DNA of 64,000 nt, from the NCBI GenBank assembly GCA_009602725.1, contig WELB01000011.1, forward strand, positions 287,691-351,690, given 5' to 3'. Positions 60,229 through 64,000 of the stretch are shown in pieces. Position 1 is the first letter of the stretch. Every line of letters begins with the position of its first letter. The notes beneath the pieces are model-generated. The model was not told where the DNA came from, did no database searches, and worked only from the letters and a program-made list of their open reading frames with translations. This DNA comes from Spirogloea muscicola (Eukaryota). A program made the translations under genes and the position numbers.

Positions 60229-63200
60229 CTACATGAGCACGGTGCACATGGCATCGGCAATCCTGCGAGCAGCTCCAGAGGGGCCCATCCTTCGCGTCCC
60301 ATTGCTGGTTACTTGCTCCAGCAGGCTCTTGTCAGACAGGACTCTTGATATCACGCATGCCACCTCGCTCGGGCTTCGGCAGAAGAAGACCTGCAGGCAT
60401 TTAGCAACCAATGCTGCAGGCGGCTTACATGTACTCGCAGTAAATTACAAGGGATAAGAGAAGCTCAAAGTCAATCTGTATGATGTGGTCTTGCAAAGGC
60501 ACAATGTCTCAGCTGTAACCTTGGCCTTCATTGATGGTAAAGAAGGCATCTCCAGTGCAAGAAGAGGCTAACTAAGACAAGGCAGCTCTCCTGTCAATAA
60601 GCAGAGTAGTTACCGAAGAGCCTAAAAGGCGAGCCTGTGCTTCAGCGAAAGCAAATGTGAATTGTGGCCCGCATCCAGGAAGAGTGAAGGCTGGCTTGCC
60701 TAAACCAACCTGACAAAGGAAAATGCGTGTCTGATCTTGAGCTGCCTGCAGCATGTTGCTAAAGTATACTGCTTGTGGCATGCTCAGCACCCAATCGGAA
60801 GGTTTAAATGTGCAATGGGCGAGAGCAGACACACACACGCTGGATCAATGCTGCAAGGGGTTGCAATACATGGGTGCTCACAAGCTGCTCCGTGGCCGTG
60901 CCTGCCATTGCCAGGCCACCATCGGCGAGCTGGAGGCAGTCGCTGAAGCTTCCTTGACTGAGGACCAACACTGTCTCTGCGTGGTCCTCATGTGCGGCCT
61001 GACAGGAGCTCCTTGCGGCTTCAACCTAAACGTCAGCTCCAGAGAAGCCTGCTGCTGTCCAGGTCCACTGGCAAGTGAATGCCGATTTGTCTCGCCTTTC
61101 CTGTCACGGATTCCCTCAGATGTTGAAATGGCCCTGATGGCGTTACAGTGTCTGACGCTTTCAGGGCCCATAATCTTGACAGAAGTAGGATCACTGGCCA
61201 CCCCCTTCGCTAAGTCGGACTGATCACCTCCAAAGCCACGTGCTTTTCCCGCTGATGGCTTGAACAGATTGTGTATAGCATGAATCTGAGAAGAGTTTCG
61301 AGCTGCAGCAGTGGAAGTTGCAGCCTCCCAAATGCTGCAGTCATCTGATCGCCAACTGTGCTCGGTGAGGACCTTGACAAGCCTGCCCATATCACCAGAA
61401 GGGGCCACAGGAACAAGAATGATGAGGCCTCTAGGTTGCAGCAGGTCCGCAGCCTCCATGACCACCTGGAGGAGCAGCTGGAAGTTGGCATATACCTGTC
61501 AAATGGCAGGTCAACCAATATTCCAGATCAAGTCATATCACATCACCTTCGTACCTCCGCTAGCTCTGCAATAGTAAATTCATGCCCCTTTGAGTAAAGC
61601 CATCTCTGACACACAATCTTAAACCGACAGCCTAGACTTAACTTGCAGATAATCCCATGATGAAGGTCCTCTGTACCTCCGGGGAGCGGGAGCCAGGAAG
61701 CAAGCAGAGGCAGGCAGCCTGGGACTTGTGCAGCATCTGGTGCCTTAAACTCCCTGTTGCAGCCAAGCCGTCCATCATGGGGTTACCAAGGTCTTTGACC
61801 TGTTCCATTGCCAACAGAGCACGCCATACATTCATCTTAGTGCCACCTTATCGTTCTATTCCTCCCAACTCACTAACTACGGGAGTCATAACCACTGCCC
61901 AACCTGGCTTCTTCGGCAGCTTACCTTGCTGTGAGCCTCAAGCGGAAGGGCCGCCTTTAAGGTCTCCGTAGTGAGGGTATCACGTGGCACAACCAGCCTG
62001 GTACAGTGCAGACTGCTCATGAGTCAAAGTATGTCCAGTTCTTATTTGCTGGCCATGACAGCATAAGGTTGCTGGCAAGCAAGCCATCAGTCATAAATTG
62101 AGGCACTTCGCTCAGCAGCTGCCTGTCACTACGCTAGCAGAGTTTGGTCAAGGTTGCAGATACTTGCATGCAATCTGCAGGTGCCATAAGCGCACGCTCC
62201 CATGGTAGATACACGCTGCTGGGAGACAGGAAAGCTTCCACTGCACATGAAAGATAGGCTCAAGTGACTCATTGCCAAGATTTTTGATTGCATCCAATTG
62301 GTACAAAGAAGAAGAACTTTCACATGTCGTGATGGCACTCTTTAATTGAAGAGACGAACTCTCAAGAGCAATAGCTATGGCTAACAATGCACTCAAGCTT
62401 GAGAGCAATGCGTGACTGTGATAGGGCCTTGGGCGTTACAGGGGCTCCTGGTCGACTGCTGCAAGAGCTCGCCACTGCTGCCTCGGATGTAGTACTCGCT
62501 CTTGGCAGTCCCCACGAAAGCATATCGCCCCTTGATGACAGCAGCACCCCGGTATTGTTGGCGTCGGGCACGGCTGGCCAACCATGCAAGAGCAAGGGGA
62601 AAGACATCTCCCACAGCCAGTATAAGCGCCGCCGGGTTCTCTTGCTTCCACCTCCTCACTGCACGCCACTGACAGGCAATTCCTTTGCTGCAGAGGCACA
62701 TTGTGCGCTGTTCACAGTTGGAGGACTAGGCGCAGGCGGGCAGGTGCTGGTCGTGAGGTCTTACTTGGCCTACTGTGAGGGCGAGTAGCCCGGCCTGCAC
62801 GTCACCCAGCAGCTGCTTCTGGTCCATGTAGAGAAACCTGAACGCCAACGAGAGCTGTGGTTGAGGGCCCTCTTCCTCTTCCTTTGACTTCACACTTCAC
62901 TTCACAATTGATGTAATAACTGCGACTGATAACAGCAAGTGAGCTGTCCAGGAGGAAGATACCCGCCGCTCGGCATAGCCTTGGTCGGGCCGACGATGGG
63001 CATTCCAGCGCGCAGATAAGCAGTGCCCTCTCCCACGAGCGGCAAGGCGCTGATGTGAATGGCCTGCCTCTTCTCCTTGGCCAGCTTCTGCGCACGACCA
63101 TGGCACACAGCCAAAGACCTCAGCGCCAGCACAAGATCAAGCGCTAGAGGAGACACGATGCGTCCCGCAATGACTATCGTTCGCCGGGGTCGCCACGACC

Positions 63201-63541
63201 TGCAACTCCTGTAGGACGCTGACCGCGATGGTGTCCTCCCCGTGGCCGTTGCTGAGGCACAGCAGCTGCAGCGTCTCCACATGCTCACGCTGCGCCTCGT
63301 TCTGCGCGCAGGAGCTCGAGTCAAGCCCGCTCGTAGTGACAGCCAGAGCCCTTTGGCCGGACGAGCGCCTCAGCACCGCCTGCTCATCGAAGCTGAGCCG
63401 GAGTGCTACTATTGAAGCAAGGACGCTCAAGCTGCACTTCACGCGCTTGAGTTGCCGCGAGGCCGCGTCAAGGTCATGGCCGCCTCGGAGAGCATCGGCG
63501 GCAGCGGCGGCGGCGGCGTCGGCGGGGGCGGCGGCGGCCAC
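60229..63541 (-). CDS. Lipid-A-disaccharide-synthase-related protein (TIGR03492-like, cyanobacterial-type GT-B fold); start codon unresolved
   Basis: LLCLSNGHGED; LPLVGEGTAY; MPSGGFLYMD; ILAVGDVFPL; FVGTAKSEYY; YLPWER; VPRDTLT; LGNPMMDGL; LLPGSRSPE; AMAGTATEQLVGLGKP; GPQFTFAFAEAQARLLG; NG.RRMGPSGAARRIA. Confidence 0.88.
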
Positions 63542-63667
63542 GGAGGGCAGTCAGCTAGAGCCTGGGTGCTCCCAAGTACCTCGAGGCCGTCCTTGAGCTC
63601 AGCGTCGAGGCCAGCAGCCGGTTCCAGGGCACCGCGGCCAGAGCCGCGGCAGCCATGCGCCGCTCGC

Positions 63668-64000
63668 TTAGGCAGGCTCGCAGCCGCCGCCGCCGCCGCC
63701 GCCGCCGCCATCGCCCGCAGGGCCGTCCAGAGCCAGCGTAGGGCCCCGCGGCTGTGCCCGACCAACTTCGCCGCTGAACCCGCCACCGCCAGGCTCGGCG
63801 GGCTTCCCGCCCAGCTCCGCCAGAAAGGACTGGTACTCATCGTCCATCTTGTGGCCACCGCCGCGCCCGCCGGCCCCGCCCTTGACGGGGCAGTCAATTG
63901 TTGGGTGCCCGCCATCGCCGCAGATACGACACAGCACGTCCGACTTGAAGGTAGAATGACGGGCGGGGCAGTTGTACTGCCGGTGGCCCGGCTCGCCGCA
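63668..64000 (-). CDS. SF1: Splicing factor 1 / branchpoint-binding protein, 3' part (continues beyond the window)
   Basis: Two CCHC knuckles, [12 protein letters not shown] and [15 protein letters not shown], followed by [15 protein letters not shown]. Confidence 0.9.
   Translation of the reverse strand, partial: CGEPGHRQYNCPARHSTFKSDVLCRICGDGGHPTIDCPVKGGAGGRGGGHKMDDEYQSFLAELGGKPAEPGGGGFSGEVGRAQPRGPTLALDGPAGDGGGGGGGGGCEPA

Noticed and set aside
60878..61465. Frameshift inactivating the TIGR03492-like gene
   Set aside because: An acceptor (tttag|GTT at 61025) restores the conserved frame, so an intron is the simpler explanation, although its donor was not located.

Overview
GC-rich, intron-rich eukaryotic nuclear DNA from a draft assembly (N gaps at 24394-24883 and about 50847-50877, plus single Ns). 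A GRAS factor, an RLCK-VII-type kinase, ECA3, an At1g12800-like S1 protein and plastocyanin together point to a streptophyte, most plausibly a zygnematophycean alga (inference). Genes in order: UPF0643-like (+); tandem DJ-1/PfpI (Hsp31-like) copies (-; one frameshifted, one exon relic, one intact); IscA2-like (-); chloroplast S1-domain RNA-binding protein (+); GRAS (+); petE (+); ECA3 (+); RLCK kinase (-); a pseudogenised 3' copy of a TIGR03492/LpxB-related gene (-); an intronless hydantoin/allantoin racemase (+); the apparently intact TIGR03492-like gene (-); and the 3' part of SF1 (-). The main hidden structure is that most intergenic clusters are built from 5'-truncated remnants of a restriction-like-endonuclease (RLE, CRE-like) non-LTR retrotransposon family. 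The remnants share a C-terminus (SDLxxLTRGY*), end in hairpin-bearing 3' tails without poly(A), stack into repeat/spacer-like arrays, nest inside each other and often occur as divergent 5'-to-5' pairs. Exon coordinates were read by eye and family calls are from recalled motifs; no searches were run.
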